From positions 224,001 to 288,000 of the forward strand of contig CAWBBV010000012.1 in NCBI GenBank assembly GCA_963787125.1: a DNA stretch of 64,000 bases. Reading direction: 5' to 3'. A model generated the notes under the pieces. The model was not told where the DNA came from, did not search any database, and was given only the letters and a program-made list of their open reading frames with translations. The translations under genes and the position numbers were made by a program. Every line of letters starts with the position of its first letter. The stretch's first letter is position 1. Source of the DNA: an uncultured delta proteobacterium (GTDB lineage: Bacteria; Desulfobacterota; Desulfuromonadia; Geobacterales; DSM-12255). Positions 1 to 9,726 of this stretch are shown one piece after another.

Positions 1-544
1 CCAGTTTGCGTGAAGTTTCGCAGGTTATCCACTTTGAGTCACCGGAAAGCGCCGCACTCTTGCCGTCCATGGTCATGGCACTCTTCATGGTTACAAACGG
101 CAGTCCGCTGGTCACATGCTTAATGAAAGGAAAATTGAGCTCGCGACAGTCCAAAGCCAGAACTCCGGACACGACCTCAAGTCCGGCTTTTCTGAGCATT
201 TCTATCCCCCTGCCGCTGACCAGCGGATTCGGATCGATCATGCCGACAAAAACTCTTTCAATCCCTGCGGCGATAACAGCCGCCGCGCAAGGGGGGGTCT
301 TGCCGAAATGGGAACAGGGCTCAAGGGTTACATAAAGATCAGCACCCCTGGCAAGTCCCCCGGCCTGGTTCAGGGCATGAACCTCGGCATGGGGCGTGCC
401 GGCCTTTTTGTGCCACCCCTCACCAACTATTACACCGTCTTTAACGACAACAGCACCTACCGCCGGATTGGGCGCTGTCTTGCCGCTGCCTTTGCGGGCA
501 AGCGCAAGTGCTCTTCTCATCATTTTTTCAGCAAAAGCGCTCAC
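1..544 (-). CDS. ribD: Riboflavin biosynthesis deaminase/reductase RibD, 5' part (runs off the window start)
   Basis: Not in the ORF track. Manual minus-strand translation from GTG at 544 (GTGA overlap with the nrdR stop) gives [30 protein letters not shown]...[16 protein letters not shown], with the PNP and HAE deaminase motifs. nrdR-ribD synteny is common. Confidence 0.92.
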   Translation of the reverse strand, partial: MSAFAEKMMRRALALARKGSGKTAPNPAVGAVVVKDGVIVGEGWHKKAGTPHAEVHALNQAGGLARGADLYVTLEPCSHFGKTPPCAAAVIAAGIERVFVGMIDPNPLVSGRGIEMLRKAGLEVVSGVLALDCRELNFPFIKHVTSGLPFVTMKSAMTMDGKSAALSGDSKWITCETSRKL

Positions 545-1053
545 CCGGACAACCCGCCTTTGCGTAAATCCACCTTCTTTAAACGCCGCCCGCCGCCCTG
601 CTCTCCCTTCAACAGATCCTGCAGCTCGGACATGAACTCGGTAATATCCCTGAAAGAACGATAAACCGAGGCAAAGCGGACGTACGCAACTTCATCGACA
701 TCATGAAGTTCATTCATGATCCATTCACCGATAACTGTTCCCGGGATCTCTTTCTCGCCACTCTCAAGGAGCCTGGATTCAAGCCGGCTCGCCATATCCT
801 CAATATCATTGATAGATACCGGTCGTTTCTCGCACGCTTTTTTCATCCCACCAATGACCTTGCCGCGATCATAACTTTCCCGGCGACCATCCTTCTTCAG
901 GATCATCGGCATGAACTCTTCAATCCTTTCGTGAGTGGTAAAACGGCGTGAGCATGACTCGCACTCGCGTCGGCGTCTTATGGCCGAGCTGTCCTTGTCA
1001 GGCCGTGAATCGATAACTTTTGTGTCGACAAACCCACAGAAAGGGCATTTCAT
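541..1053 (-). CDS. nrdR: Transcriptional repressor NrdR
   Basis: MKCPFC...RRRRECESC zinc ribbon, ATP-cone, and [10 protein letters not shown] motif. Confidence 0.97.
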   Translation of the reverse strand: MKCPFCGFVDTKVIDSRPDKDSSAIRRRRECESCSRRFTTHERIEEFMPMILKKDGRRESYDRGKVIGGMKKACEKRPVSINDIEDMASRLESRLLESGEKEIPGTVIGEWIMNELHDVDEVAYVRFASVYRSFRDITEFMSELQDLLKGEQGGGRRLKKVDLRKGGLSG

Positions 1054-1517
1054 ATACTGTCCTCACCTAACGTTGCGGTAAACATATCAACAGTTATGCC
1101 GGTCTCGGCGATCATTTCGGCTGCCAGTGCATCGGGATAGCCATGCTCGTAGACAACCCGTTTGATCCCGGCATTGATAATCATTTTGGAGCAGATGATG
1201 CATGGCATTGTCGTGCAGTAAAGTGTTGCGCCGTCAATGTTGGTTCCATGCTTGGCCGCCTGAATAATTGCGTTCTGTTCAGCATGAAGCCCCCGGCAGA
1301 GTTCATGCCGTTCTCCTGAAGGGATACCGAGTTTTTCTCGTAGGCAGCCGACGTCAAGGCAGTGGGCAACGCCTGCAGGAGAGCCATTGTAGCCGGTTGC
1401 GAGGATATTCTTGTCTTTCACGAGAACTGATCCGACCTGCCGCCGCAGACAGGTGGAACGCTTGGCCACAAGGTGCGTAATCTCCATAAAATATTCATCC
1501 CATGTAGGTCTGGACAT
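1050..1517 (-). CDS. dCMP deaminase family protein
   Basis: Likely start [10 protein letters not shown] (ATG at 1517, downstream of the ORF-track start). HAEQNA and PCIIC zinc motifs. Confidence 0.9.
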   Translation of the reverse strand: MSRPTWDEYFMEITHLVAKRSTCLRRQVGSVLVKDKNILATGYNGSPAGVAHCLDVGCLREKLGIPSGERHELCRGLHAEQNAIIQAAKHGTNIDGATLYCTTMPCIICSKMIINAGIKRVVYEHGYPDALAAEMIAETGITVDMFTATLGEDSI

Positions 1518-1636
1518 AAAAGTAACTCCCGTTCTGACAACAAATTCAGTTTTGAGAAGATAGCCGATAACAGGTGGCCCGGTCAAGGATTCAGGCAGCT
1601 CTTGACATGGCACAAGAAGATATGGATACTCGCAGA

Positions 1637-2212
1637 ATGAAACCTGAAAAAATTCTTGCCGAACATTTTTCACCACTGGCTCTGCAGATCATTATAGACC
1701 ATAGCCGTTATGTGGCAAAAAAAGCTCTTGCGATAGCAAAAAGCTGTTCCTTTGCCGGCACGCTCGATCTGGTTTTCATCGAACAGGCAGCCCTTTTGCA
1801 CGACATCGGGGTTTCCATGACTGACGCACCGTACCTCGACTGTCACGGCAAGGCTCCATATATCTGTCACGGAGTCTTAGGGAGAGAGATTCTTGAAAAA
1901 GCAGGGCTCCCAAGGCACGCACTGGTCTCTGAACGCCATATCGGGGTCGGGCTTACTGTCGAAGATATTATTAATCAGAAGCTACCTCTGCCACTACGTG
2001 ACATGCTGCCGCTGTCCAATGAAGAAAAGATCATCGCCTGTGCCGACCTTTTCTACTCGAAAAAGCGTCAAACTCTTTCCCAGGAAAAATCCATCGAACA
2101 GGTAAGAAGTGATTTGCACAAGTTCGGGGTTGCCAAGGCGCAGGTTTTTGATCAATGGGTGATTGATTTTTCACTCCTGAAGTTTGACAAAGCCGACGTT
2201 AAAAGTGTATAA
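1637..2212 (+). CDS. HD-domain metal-dependent phosphohydrolase
   Basis: HS...ALLHDIG...HG...ERHIGVG...AD motifs. Start uncertain (1622 or 1637). Confidence 0.85.
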   Translation: MKPEKILAEHFSPLALQIIIDHSRYVAKKALAIAKSCSFAGTLDLVFIEQAALLHDIGVSMTDAPYLDCHGKAPYICHGVLGREILEKAGLPRHALVSERHIGVGLTVEDIINQKLPLPLRDMLPLSNEEKIIACADLFYSKKRQTLSQEKSIEQVRSDLHKFGVAKAQVFDQWVIDFSLLKFDKADVKSV

Positions 2213-2213
2213 T
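2184..2213 (+). promoter_or_regulatory. Sigma70-type promoter for the lipoprotein gene
   Basis: TTGACA (2184-2189), 18-nt spacer, TATAAT (2208-2213), about 28 nt before ATG 2241. Confidence 0.65.
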
Positions 2214-2240
2214 CGCCCGAGATTTTAAAAGGTGGCCGAC

Positions 2241-2627
2241 ATGAAGAAATTATCTATTTCGCTTTACATTATTTTAGCGGCGACACTTTCAGCCTGCGGA
2301 GATTTTGAATGGTTTCCGAAAGTTCCTGATTCAACGGCCCCGAATGTTACGGCCTATATTGAAAATAAGCAAATCTTTGCCAATAGATCCACACATGTAA
2401 CAACTCTCCCGTCAACGGTCACTTTTTACACAGATGAAGCAGCAACTATTTACTACACAACAAATAATACTGATCCGACAACTTCATCCGCTTCTGTCGG
2501 AGTTTCGAGTTCCAGCGGTGCAACCGGACCCTCAATTACTCTTTCCGGCACTATCCTGAAGTTCTTCGGCAGAGACCAGGCTGCAAACTCTTCTGCAATT
2601 CAGGCGGGGACGATCGTATCACCTTAG
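2241..2627 (+). CDS. Lipoprotein with a chitobiase/beta-hexosaminidase C-terminal (Fn3-like) domain
   Basis: Signal peptide with lipobox LSAC. ATIYYTTNNTDPT...LKFFGRDQAANSS pattern. Confidence 0.7.
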   Translation: MKKLSISLYIILAATLSACGDFEWFPKVPDSTAPNVTAYIENKQIFANRSTHVTTLPSTVTFYTDEAATIYYTTNNTDPTTSSASVGVSSSSGATGPSITLSGTILKFFGRDQAANSSAIQAGTIVSP

Positions 2628-2679
2628 GAGCCGTAACGAAATAACTGTTACATTTCTGTTGTTTCGTTACGGCTCCTTA
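2624..2679. repeat. 15-bp perfect inverted repeat flanked by TTA direct repeats (MITE-like and/or bidirectional terminator)
   Basis: GGAGCCGTAACGAAA (2627-2641) / TTTCGTTACGGCTCC (2662-2676), with TTA at 2624-2626 and 2677-2679, between convergent genes. Confidence 0.7.
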
Positions 2680-2726
2680 TGCCGTTCTAGCCATGAAAGT
2701 TGTAACAGTCATTTTATTCCGACGGC

Positions 2727-5219
2727 TTAAGTCCCTTCTATCAAAGCTTTTACAGCCTCTTCCGAAATTCGGACAATCTCTGCCTGACTGCAACCTGAAA
2801 AATCGATCGGTTGGCCGAAAACTACTTTTACTTCACCTCTTTTGGGCCAGAGCGCCCCTCTTGGCAGAATTTTTTCAAGCCCTATCATTGCCACCGGCAC
2901 TACCGGTATCCCGAGTTCCTCCACCATTACTCCGAGCCCTTTTTGAAACGGCAGCAGCCCGCTGTCCTGAGTGCGTTCTCCTTCGGGAAAGAGCAACAGT
3001 GAATTTCCCTTATCAACCAGTCTTCCCATATGCTGCAGAGTTGCCCTGAATCCGGATGATTGTGGCAAAGGAAAAATTCCCATCAGTATCGAGCAGTATT
3101 CAAAGGCGATTTTTTTCCAGAGATGCATGAGTGGATTGTCAAAATTGACAAGAAAAAACTCTGCCCAGGCAGCTGTGGCGATTTTATATCTGACTTTCGG
3201 GGGCATGGCGTTCAATACTGTCGGCTGATCCAGGTAGCTGATATGATTACAGATAAACATTACCGGCCGGTCAAGCCCGGTGATGTGTTCCAGCCCCTCA
3301 GGTTTTAAACGTACCAGGATTTTATAAAGCGGCGAGTGAAAAACCGAGTCGGCAAGCTGCCTTAAAAACCTTATCGGCTCAGATGCTGTCCAGAGTCGCA
3401 GCCCTTTTGGCTGAGGTGTCTTTTCACGTTTTGCTATCATCTCCCGTATATCAGAAACTCTTGTCTGCGGGCCTATGGCGGCTTCATCAAGATCCATCCT
3501 GTACTCTTGCTCAATAGTGTTTGCCAGCTCAAGACGCGCAATCGAGGTAAGCCCCAGATCAGCAACCAAAAAAGCCTCTTCGCGAACATCTCCAGAAGGA
3601 GAGCCCAGAATCTGGGCAATAATAACGCAAAGTTTGTCCGCTGAACCAACGCTACTGTCATCCCCCGAACCTGCCTCTAGCAGCCGTTTTTTGACAACAA
3701 ATTTCTGAACCTTGAGAGTGGTGGTTTTGGGGAGTTCTGTATCCGGCCACAGTGAAAATCCGGTGATTTTATGCAGCTCATCAAGTGAATGATTGACTTC
3801 GCTTACAATTTCATCAAGACCTCTGGTGCTACCGTCAGGGATGATTACTGCATGTACCTCCTCACCACTGCCCCGGTCAAGGCCTATGACACAGCCGTCC
3901 CTTACCCCTGGAGTTCTCAGGAGGACGGTTTCAAGCTCATCAGGGTAGACATTGATTCCGGCGCCGGTGACTATGACCTCCTTGGCTCGCCCTTTGATAA
4001 CCAAAGCGCCGCTTTCATCGAAAACACCTATGTCTCCGGTACGAAACCAGCCATCAGAAGTGAAACTATCTTTTGTCGCAATTTCGTTTTTGTAATAGCC
4101 GGAGAAGATATTATCTCCTTTTGCCTGCACCTCGCCGTTTTCAAGCCTGAGCTCAACCCCTGGAACTGCCCAGCCGACTGAACCGCAGAGCTGTTTCTCC
4201 ATTTTATTTGTCGTAAGAACCGGCGCGGTTTCGCTCAAACCATAACCTTCGACGACTCTGAATCCTGCAGAGTTCCAGAAACGGAAGGTATCAGGTGAGA
4301 GCGGAGCTCCTCCCGAAACGAACATTCTGAAATTCTTTCCAAATTTCCTTTGCACAGGAAAGAACAGTTTTTGCCTGGCCTCAATAGACCAATTTGCGGA
4401 AAGTTTACCGAGCTTGATGAAAGCGCCCAGAAGGCCTTTTGCCGCCAATTCTCGCTCGACAGAAGTTTTAAGGAGTTGCAGTAAACGTGGGACTGCAACC
4501 ATGGTCTGCACATCCTCATCAGCAAATGCTTCCATGATCGCAGATGGTTTAAGGGTCCTTAAATAAATGATCGACCCACCGATAAAAAGCGGTACCAGGC
4601 ATCCTGCTGTCTGCTCGAACATATGTGAAAGCGGCAATAATGACAGAAAGCGATAATCTTCATTAACCATCGGGAATTGAGCCGAGACCTGTCTCACATT
4701 AGCCATCAGGTTTTTATGAGATAGAGCAACCCCTTTTGGAGCGCCGGTTGTGCCTGAAGTGTAAACAAGCTCGCAAAGGTCATCCGGAGCCGGTCTCCAA
4801 ATGTCCGGGCACTTTTCATAGTTTTTTAAATGAAGTTCCAGATCTTCAAGAACTAAAGTTTTGACACCGCGCAGAGATTCAGGCTTCAGGCGACTCTTTA
4901 TAGCAAAAACAGCTCCTGACAGTTCGACGATACTTTGGGCCCGTTCGATTCCAGACATGAAATCAACTGGCACAACGACCGCTCCGAGTGCAACTGCTCC
5001 CCAGAAGGTAAATAGCCATGAGGGGTTATTAGGCCCCCAGATCAGGACCCTGTCGCCGGGATGAACACCTTCAGCTCTTAGTAATGACGCCATTTTACAA
5101 GACATTGTATAAAGGTCCTGGTAGCTGTAAGAATGCCGCCTTACCCCACTTCTGTAAATGATGGCGGTGCGCAAACCGCGGGAGTTGAAGCTTTCCAGAA
5201 TATTGTTTAAACCGTTCAT
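2727..5219 (-). CDS. AMP-binding long-chain acyl-CoA synthetase + ACP + PlsC-type acyltransferase fusion
   Basis: YTSGTTGAPKG and GYGLSE adenylation motifs, ACP serine in LGLTSIA, acyltransferase motifs NHISYLD and FPEGERT. Confidence 0.9.
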   Translation of the reverse strand: MNGLNNILESFNSRGLRTAIIYRSGVRRHSYSYQDLYTMSCKMASLLRAEGVHPGDRVLIWGPNNPSWLFTFWGAVALGAVVVPVDFMSGIERAQSIVELSGAVFAIKSRLKPESLRGVKTLVLEDLELHLKNYEKCPDIWRPAPDDLCELVYTSGTTGAPKGVALSHKNLMANVRQVSAQFPMVNEDYRFLSLLPLSHMFEQTAGCLVPLFIGGSIIYLRTLKPSAIMEAFADEDVQTMVAVPRLLQLLKTSVERELAAKGLLGAFIKLGKLSANWSIEARQKLFFPVQRKFGKNFRMFVSGGAPLSPDTFRFWNSAGFRVVEGYGLSETAPVLTTNKMEKQLCGSVGWAVPGVELRLENGEVQAKGDNIFSGYYKNEIATKDSFTSDGWFRTGDIGVFDESGALVIKGRAKEVIVTGAGINVYPDELETVLLRTPGVRDGCVIGLDRGSGEEVHAVIIPDGSTRGLDEIVSEVNHSLDELHKITGFSLWPDTELPKTTTLKVQKFVVKKRLLEAGSGDDSSVGSADKLCVIIAQILGSPSGDVREEAFLVADLGLTSIARLELANTIEQEYRMDLDEAAIGPQTRVSDIREMIAKREKTPQPKGLRLWTASEPIRFLRQLADSVFHSPLYKILVRLKPEGLEHITGLDRPVMFICNHISYLDQPTVLNAMPPKVRYKIATAAWAEFFLVNFDNPLMHLWKKIAFEYCSILMGIFPLPQSSGFRATLQHMGRLVDKGNSLLLFPEGERTQDSGLLPFQKGLGVMVEELGIPVVPVAMIGLEKILPRGALWPKRGEVKVVFGQPIDFSGCSQAEIVRISEEAVKALIEGT

Positions 5220-5321
5220 ATCTTCACTCCGCTAACCTGTTGTATTGACCTTGCCTTTAAAGTATAAAGGAGATTCCGTAAGAGACAATCCAATGGCGGT
5301 TTTTTGTTGGGGGACGAAACA

Positions 5322-6467
5322 ATGCAGATGAAAGTCGGCAGTTTGCTGGTAAAAGAGCGGATCATTACAGAGCATCAACTTGAAGAGGCTCTCCGTAATC
5401 AGGTCATTTTCGGTGGTAAGGTCGGCACAAACCTCATTGAACTCGGCTATATAACAACCGAACTCCTTGCTGCTGCCCTTGCAAGACATAAAGGGGTCAT
5501 GCAGGTCAGGACTGCTGATCTTCATTCCATTGTACCTGAGGTTATCGCCCTTATCCCTGCAGAGATCGCAAAAAAGCATCAGGTTCTGCCGATTGCTCTC
5601 GACAAAAAGCGGCTGACCGTTGCCATGGCCGACCCTGCAGACCTGGCAGCGATTGATAAACTGTCCTTCATGACCGGAATGTACATTAACCCGGTAGTGA
5701 TCCCGGAAGTACTGCTGATAAATGCCCTTGAACGTTATTACAGGATAAAGCGCGAAACTCGCTATATCGCCATAGCCAAGGATATGAAAAGAGATCCAAG
5801 AACAGAAATGCCGGAAGAGATAAACGAGATCAATGAAATAGAAATTCCTGCGGCAAAACCAGAAATAAAAATAATAGAAGAAGAGTTTATCGAAATCCCC
5901 GAGTTTGACGGCTTTGATAAAGTAGAGATCCCGGATGCCCCGGAACCGGAAAAGCACGTCCCGACGCAAGAAGAGATCAAGGAGGGGTATAACCTGACCG
6001 ATATGTGTACCGCACTTGCAGGGGCAACCTCAAGGGACGCCATAGGTGCGGCGCTGATGGAATACCTGCGATTAAGACACTTTCGGGCGGCACTATTTCT
6101 TCCTAAAGAACCTACAATGAGCGGCTGGCTGGCCGCTGAAGAAAACGGTTATGTGGAGAACTTTGCCGATGTAAGAATCGATTTGGAAGCTCCTTCAGCT
6201 TTCATTCAGGTGATTGAAACCAAAAACTTCTGCATGGGACAGCTTTTAAGTCCCACAGACCTCAAAGCTGCCTCAGCCGTTGGTGCAAAAGATAACCCTG
6301 CCATACTGCTACCGATAGTCCTTATGAACAGGGTTGTAGCAATTCTCTGTGTAATCGACTCTCTGGAAAAGCTGTCCCGATCACTGAACGAACTGCAGAA
6401 AATTGTCGTAAAAAGTGCTATGGCATTTGAAATCCTGATAATGCGCAACAAGATTCAGATGATCTAA
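5322..6467 (+). CDS. MshEN/T2SSE_N-domain protein without an ATPase domain
   Basis: Tandem KVGxxLxxxxxIT..QLEEALxxQ-like MshEN repeats, VAMADP motif, acidic linker, GAF-like C-terminus, no Walker A. Confidence 0.75.
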   Translation: MQMKVGSLLVKERIITEHQLEEALRNQVIFGGKVGTNLIELGYITTELLAAALARHKGVMQVRTADLHSIVPEVIALIPAEIAKKHQVLPIALDKKRLTVAMADPADLAAIDKLSFMTGMYINPVVIPEVLLINALERYYRIKRETRYIAIAKDMKRDPRTEMPEEINEINEIEIPAAKPEIKIIEEEFIEIPEFDGFDKVEIPDAPEPEKHVPTQEEIKEGYNLTDMCTALAGATSRDAIGAALMEYLRLRHFRAALFLPKEPTMSGWLAAEENGYVENFADVRIDLEAPSAFIQVIETKNFCMGQLLSPTDLKAASAVGAKDNPAILLPIVLMNRVVAILCVIDSLEKLSRSLNELQKIVVKSAMAFEILIMRNKIQMI

Positions 6468-6495
6468 GTTCAAGTTGATTGCCAGTAAATGTTAA

Positions 6496-7182
6496 TCACC
6501 AGAAATACCATCTATGAGTTGCAAGAACGTACACACCCAGTAGTAAGTTGGTCAACGCATGTGACATAATGCAACAAACAATACTGCGCGTGGAGTAAAG
6601 AAGAAGGTTATAGGCGATTCCGGCTATAATCCCTGCATAAATCAAATCGTGTTCAAGTCCGAACAAAAATGCCGAGATCAGAAATGACGACCAGGTGAAA
6701 GTCCCGATTGCGACTTTACTATAGTTTTGGCTTACAAGATAACGCAGTAAAAATGACCGCCAGAAAATCTCCTCCATCACCGGCACAACTATAGTCGCTC
6801 CAGTCAGTCTCATGAAAATCATGAATGTTCTCAAGAGCTGATCCTGAAAAAAGAGCGGATTAAATCCTCGCTTGAGATCACTCGGCTTTACGGTAAAATC
6901 CATATTTATCCAGAGAACAAATACTGCTACACCACAAATCACCGTAACCGACAAATTTCGCCAGGAAAGCAGCGGTTTGAACTCTATTTCATCGTAACTG
7001 CGCCTGAATAAATACAGAAGGTAGCCGACAGATAGGGTCTTGACCGGGTAAAGACAATAAAGTGTCTCGGCAGAAATCACGATCACGCCTTTTTTTACCA
7101 GTGCAAGGGCAAGTTCCTCAATACCTATAAACCCCATAAATAGCAAAAACGGTAAAATTCGCGCTAGCATGGCGGCATTCAT
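6496..7182 (-). CDS. CAAX prenyl protease-related membrane protein (PEP-CTERM/exosortase-associated type)
   Basis: EEIFWRSFL, FGLEH and HALTN CPBP motifs, multiple TM segments, EPS-locus context. Confidence 0.85.
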   Translation of the reverse strand: MNAAMLARILPFLLFMGFIGIEELALALVKKGVIVISAETLYCLYPVKTLSVGYLLYLFRRSYDEIEFKPLLSWRNLSVTVICGVAVFVLWINMDFTVKPSDLKRGFNPLFFQDQLLRTFMIFMRLTGATIVVPVMEEIFWRSFLLRYLVSQNYSKVAIGTFTWSSFLISAFLFGLEHDLIYAGIIAGIAYNLLLYSTRSIVCCIMSHALTNLLLGVYVLATHRWYFW

Positions 7183-8294
7183 GAACTAAATATTTTCTGT
7201 TTAAAAACCGGTAACAGATATTGCCAGTTATCGATGGGGCAATTCGTCATGCTGAAGCGCAGATTTGAGTCCATGCCGCAAAAGCACTTTAAACATTCAG
7301 GCTTTATCTTTCCATTTTTCAACTGTTTTTTATCAGGAACCTGCAAACGGAGAAGATCTTTTAGTTTGCTTTCTCTAATATTACCAAAACCAGGCAACAG
7401 GGAACATAGTTGCACATTTCCGTTGTGGCGAATATTTATCCTGTTAAATGCCACAATACATCTGAATTTATTAATCATGCCGTGATAGAAAACTTCATTA
7501 TTACGATGGTTTTCAAAATATTGATAAATCCATGGAGTTATCCGGTCAATATTAGTTTTAATGCCACTTTTTTTTGCATCAACTGCAACTTTTGCAAAAA
7601 CGCTTTTTAACGCATCAAAATCTTCCGGTTGCAGCATCAAATCACTTTTCCCAGGCTTTACATTTAATTCGGGGTAATTTGGCGCATCAGAAACGGGTTG
7701 AAAATCGATGCGGTCAAAAGAGTAACGTTTTGCCAAATCAACAAGTCCGGGAAACCCACTGTAATTTTGTCTAGTTATAACAACGGTAAAAGATTTTTCT
7801 GTTTTTTTAAGTGATGATAATTTCTCCAAACTGTCCATGGCCAACTTGAACGCACTTGAATTGTTTCTCATCATATTGTGTTGCTCGGGTACTGCTGAAT
7901 CTATTGATATCGCAATGCTGTCAACGCACTCATCGATGACTGTCAGAGCTTCAGTCGATAATTTGTGGGGTAACGAACCATTGGTAATGGTGTCAATATG
8001 AATTCCTTTTTTTGCATAATACTGAACAAGGTCAAGGAAATCCTTTCTCATTAACGGTTCACCACCCCCCATGAAAACATCATTAATATTTTCGCCGACC
8101 ATTTGATCTGCGAGATCGTACAACTCGGCAGTAGATAAATCGGTTGCCCCGTCAAGTTGTTGGCACTCACAAAAGATGCAGTCAAAGGTGCATTTGCCAG
8201 TCAGATTAATATCAACACAGTTATACTTAAGCTTGCCAAAGCGGTAGTCAAAATTTGTTTTAAGATTATCAAGTATCGAGTTAAGTAGTTGCAT
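7179..8294 (-). CDS. Radical SAM protein with a SPASM/twitch domain
   Basis: CTFDCIFC motif, GGEPL, and C-terminal CIVAF...NGNVQLC...CLKC. Confidence 0.88.
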   Translation of the reverse strand: MQLLNSILDNLKTNFDYRFGKLKYNCVDINLTGKCTFDCIFCECQQLDGATDLSTAELYDLADQMVGENINDVFMGGGEPLMRKDFLDLVQYYAKKGIHIDTITNGSLPHKLSTEALTVIDECVDSIAISIDSAVPEQHNMMRNNSSAFKLAMDSLEKLSSLKKTEKSFTVVITRQNYSGFPGLVDLAKRYSFDRIDFQPVSDAPNYPELNVKPGKSDLMLQPEDFDALKSVFAKVAVDAKKSGIKTNIDRITPWIYQYFENHRNNEVFYHGMINKFRCIVAFNRINIRHNGNVQLCSLLPGFGNIRESKLKDLLRLQVPDKKQLKNGKIKPECLKCFCGMDSNLRFSMTNCPIDNWQYLLPVFKQKIFSS

Positions 8295-9726
8295 GTAAAC
8301 TCCCGTAAAATTTGTTATCTATTTCATATTCATTATAGAAAGCGTATTCCGGATTATCACGATGCAGATTCAGCAGCTCTCCCAGAGCCATACGGTCATT
8401 ATCAGTTGATTTGCCGAAAGTCCGGTAGCCCTGAACGGACAGCTCCATTAGAAATAACATCATCAATTGGGGATACAATTCTTTATCAAAACCGAGTGAA
8501 ACTATGAAATTCTCGAGTTTCCTGTGGGCAAGACAACATACTTCATCTGTGCGTTCAAAAAACTGTCTAAGCGAAACTACATAATCCTGAATACCGTTTC
8601 TACCTACCCGGTATTCAAGCACGGCCGATATCATCATCCAGTAATAATCAAAGAGTGGAGAGCTATTCTCAGTTGCTCGTTCCCAGTCTATCGCTATCAA
8701 TTGATCGCCGTTTAAAATGAAATTCTCCGGCCAGAGGTCGTTATGAGCTGTAACGGTAATAAGCCCCTTATACTCATCATCAAGGATCGCTATTAATCTT
8801 TCGGCACCTGTTGACAGAGATTGAAAGTCAGGCTTGTCGCTGTGGCAAGCTGTAAATGAATCTAGAGTTGCACCATAAAACTGCGAAAAAGGTACTTTTT
8901 CAGAGGTGAACCCGGATTTATACTCTGCATACCAACTATCGAGACGTTCCAGCACGGATGCCGCTCCTTTGAACGCATTGTGCCTGCCAAAGTCAAGCAA
9001 TACCCATCTGAGGTTCTCTCCGCACAAATAATTTTCAATGAAAAAGCATCTATCATTGGCCTTGAATTGACGCTGTAAAGACGGCACTAATTCAGGTTTT
9101 CTCAAAAACTGCCTGACTCTGTTTACCGCGGCACTTTCAATTTGAAGTTTTTTGGCATATTCCGGAATTGCTGTTGTTTTGAAAAGTTGTCCAGAACCTG
9201 TCAGAAAAGTCTCACTTTTAGTAAATATAAGTTTTCCGGCGGCATTTGAAAAAAACATGAAATCAAGAGAGGTAATTTCCGGCTCAATACTCTCTGACAC
9301 AGCTAAATCGGCATTCCCGATAACAATAAATCTTTGTTCAGCACGCCACACAGGTGATAACAGGCTTAAAAACCAGCGTAATCTGCCAGTTATCAGATGA
9401 ATATGGCGTTTTGTAAAAGCCCGATAACCATCAACTCTATTAGCATGAAAAAAAGATGAAAGAATCCAGTCATTTATGTACAGAACCCTTCTTACCCTTT
9501 CTTTTCTATACTTAAATCTTACTACCAGCGACCAAAACAGATAGCTCAACAAGTTTTTACGGGGAAAACGGTAGACAATGTTTTGGGACTTTCCGGTTTC
9601 ATCCGACCTGGTCTCAGCAGTACACTTTGAAATTCCAGTGGTTACAAAGATCCACCGATCCGCGTCCAGGCTAAATGTTGGGTCTAGAAAAACCAGTAAA
9701 TTTTTCTCTACTTCAGTCAAGCTCAT
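8281..9726 (-). CDS. Aminoglycoside-phosphotransferase-like kinase
   Basis: HNDLWPENF (HxDxxxxN) and IDWE motifs in the C-terminal half. Confidence 0.7.
   Translation of the reverse strand: MSLTEVEKNLLVFLDPTFSLDADRWIFVTTGISKCTAETRSDETGKSQNIVYRFPRKNLLSYLFWSLVVRFKYRKERVRRVLYINDWILSSFFHANRVDGYRAFTKRHIHLITGRLRWFLSLLSPVWRAEQRFIVIGNADLAVSESIEPEITSLDFMFFSNAAGKLIFTKSETFLTGSGQLFKTTAIPEYAKKLQIESAAVNRVRQFLRKPELVPSLQRQFKANDRCFFIENYLCGENLRWVLLDFGRHNAFKGAASVLERLDSWYAEYKSGFTSEKVPFSQFYGATLDSFTACHSDKPDFQSLSTGAERLIAILDDEYKGLITVTAHNDLWPENFILNGDQLIAIDWERATENSSPLFDYYWMMISAVLEYRVGRNGIQDYVVSLRQFFERTDEVCCLAHRKLENFIVSLGFDKELYPQLMMLFLMELSVQGYRTFGKSTDNDRMALGELLNLHRDNPEYAFYNEYEIDNKFYGSLHATT

Noticed and set aside
1602..1637. 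Leaderless promoter for the HD gene (TTGACA-N17-GATACT just before ATG 1637)
   Set aside because: The -10 box is weak and the start codon is uncertain, so it is not supportable without TSS data.
2727..5219. NRPS module
   Set aside because: No condensation domain. The adenylation-ACP-PlsC layout fits lipid acylation.
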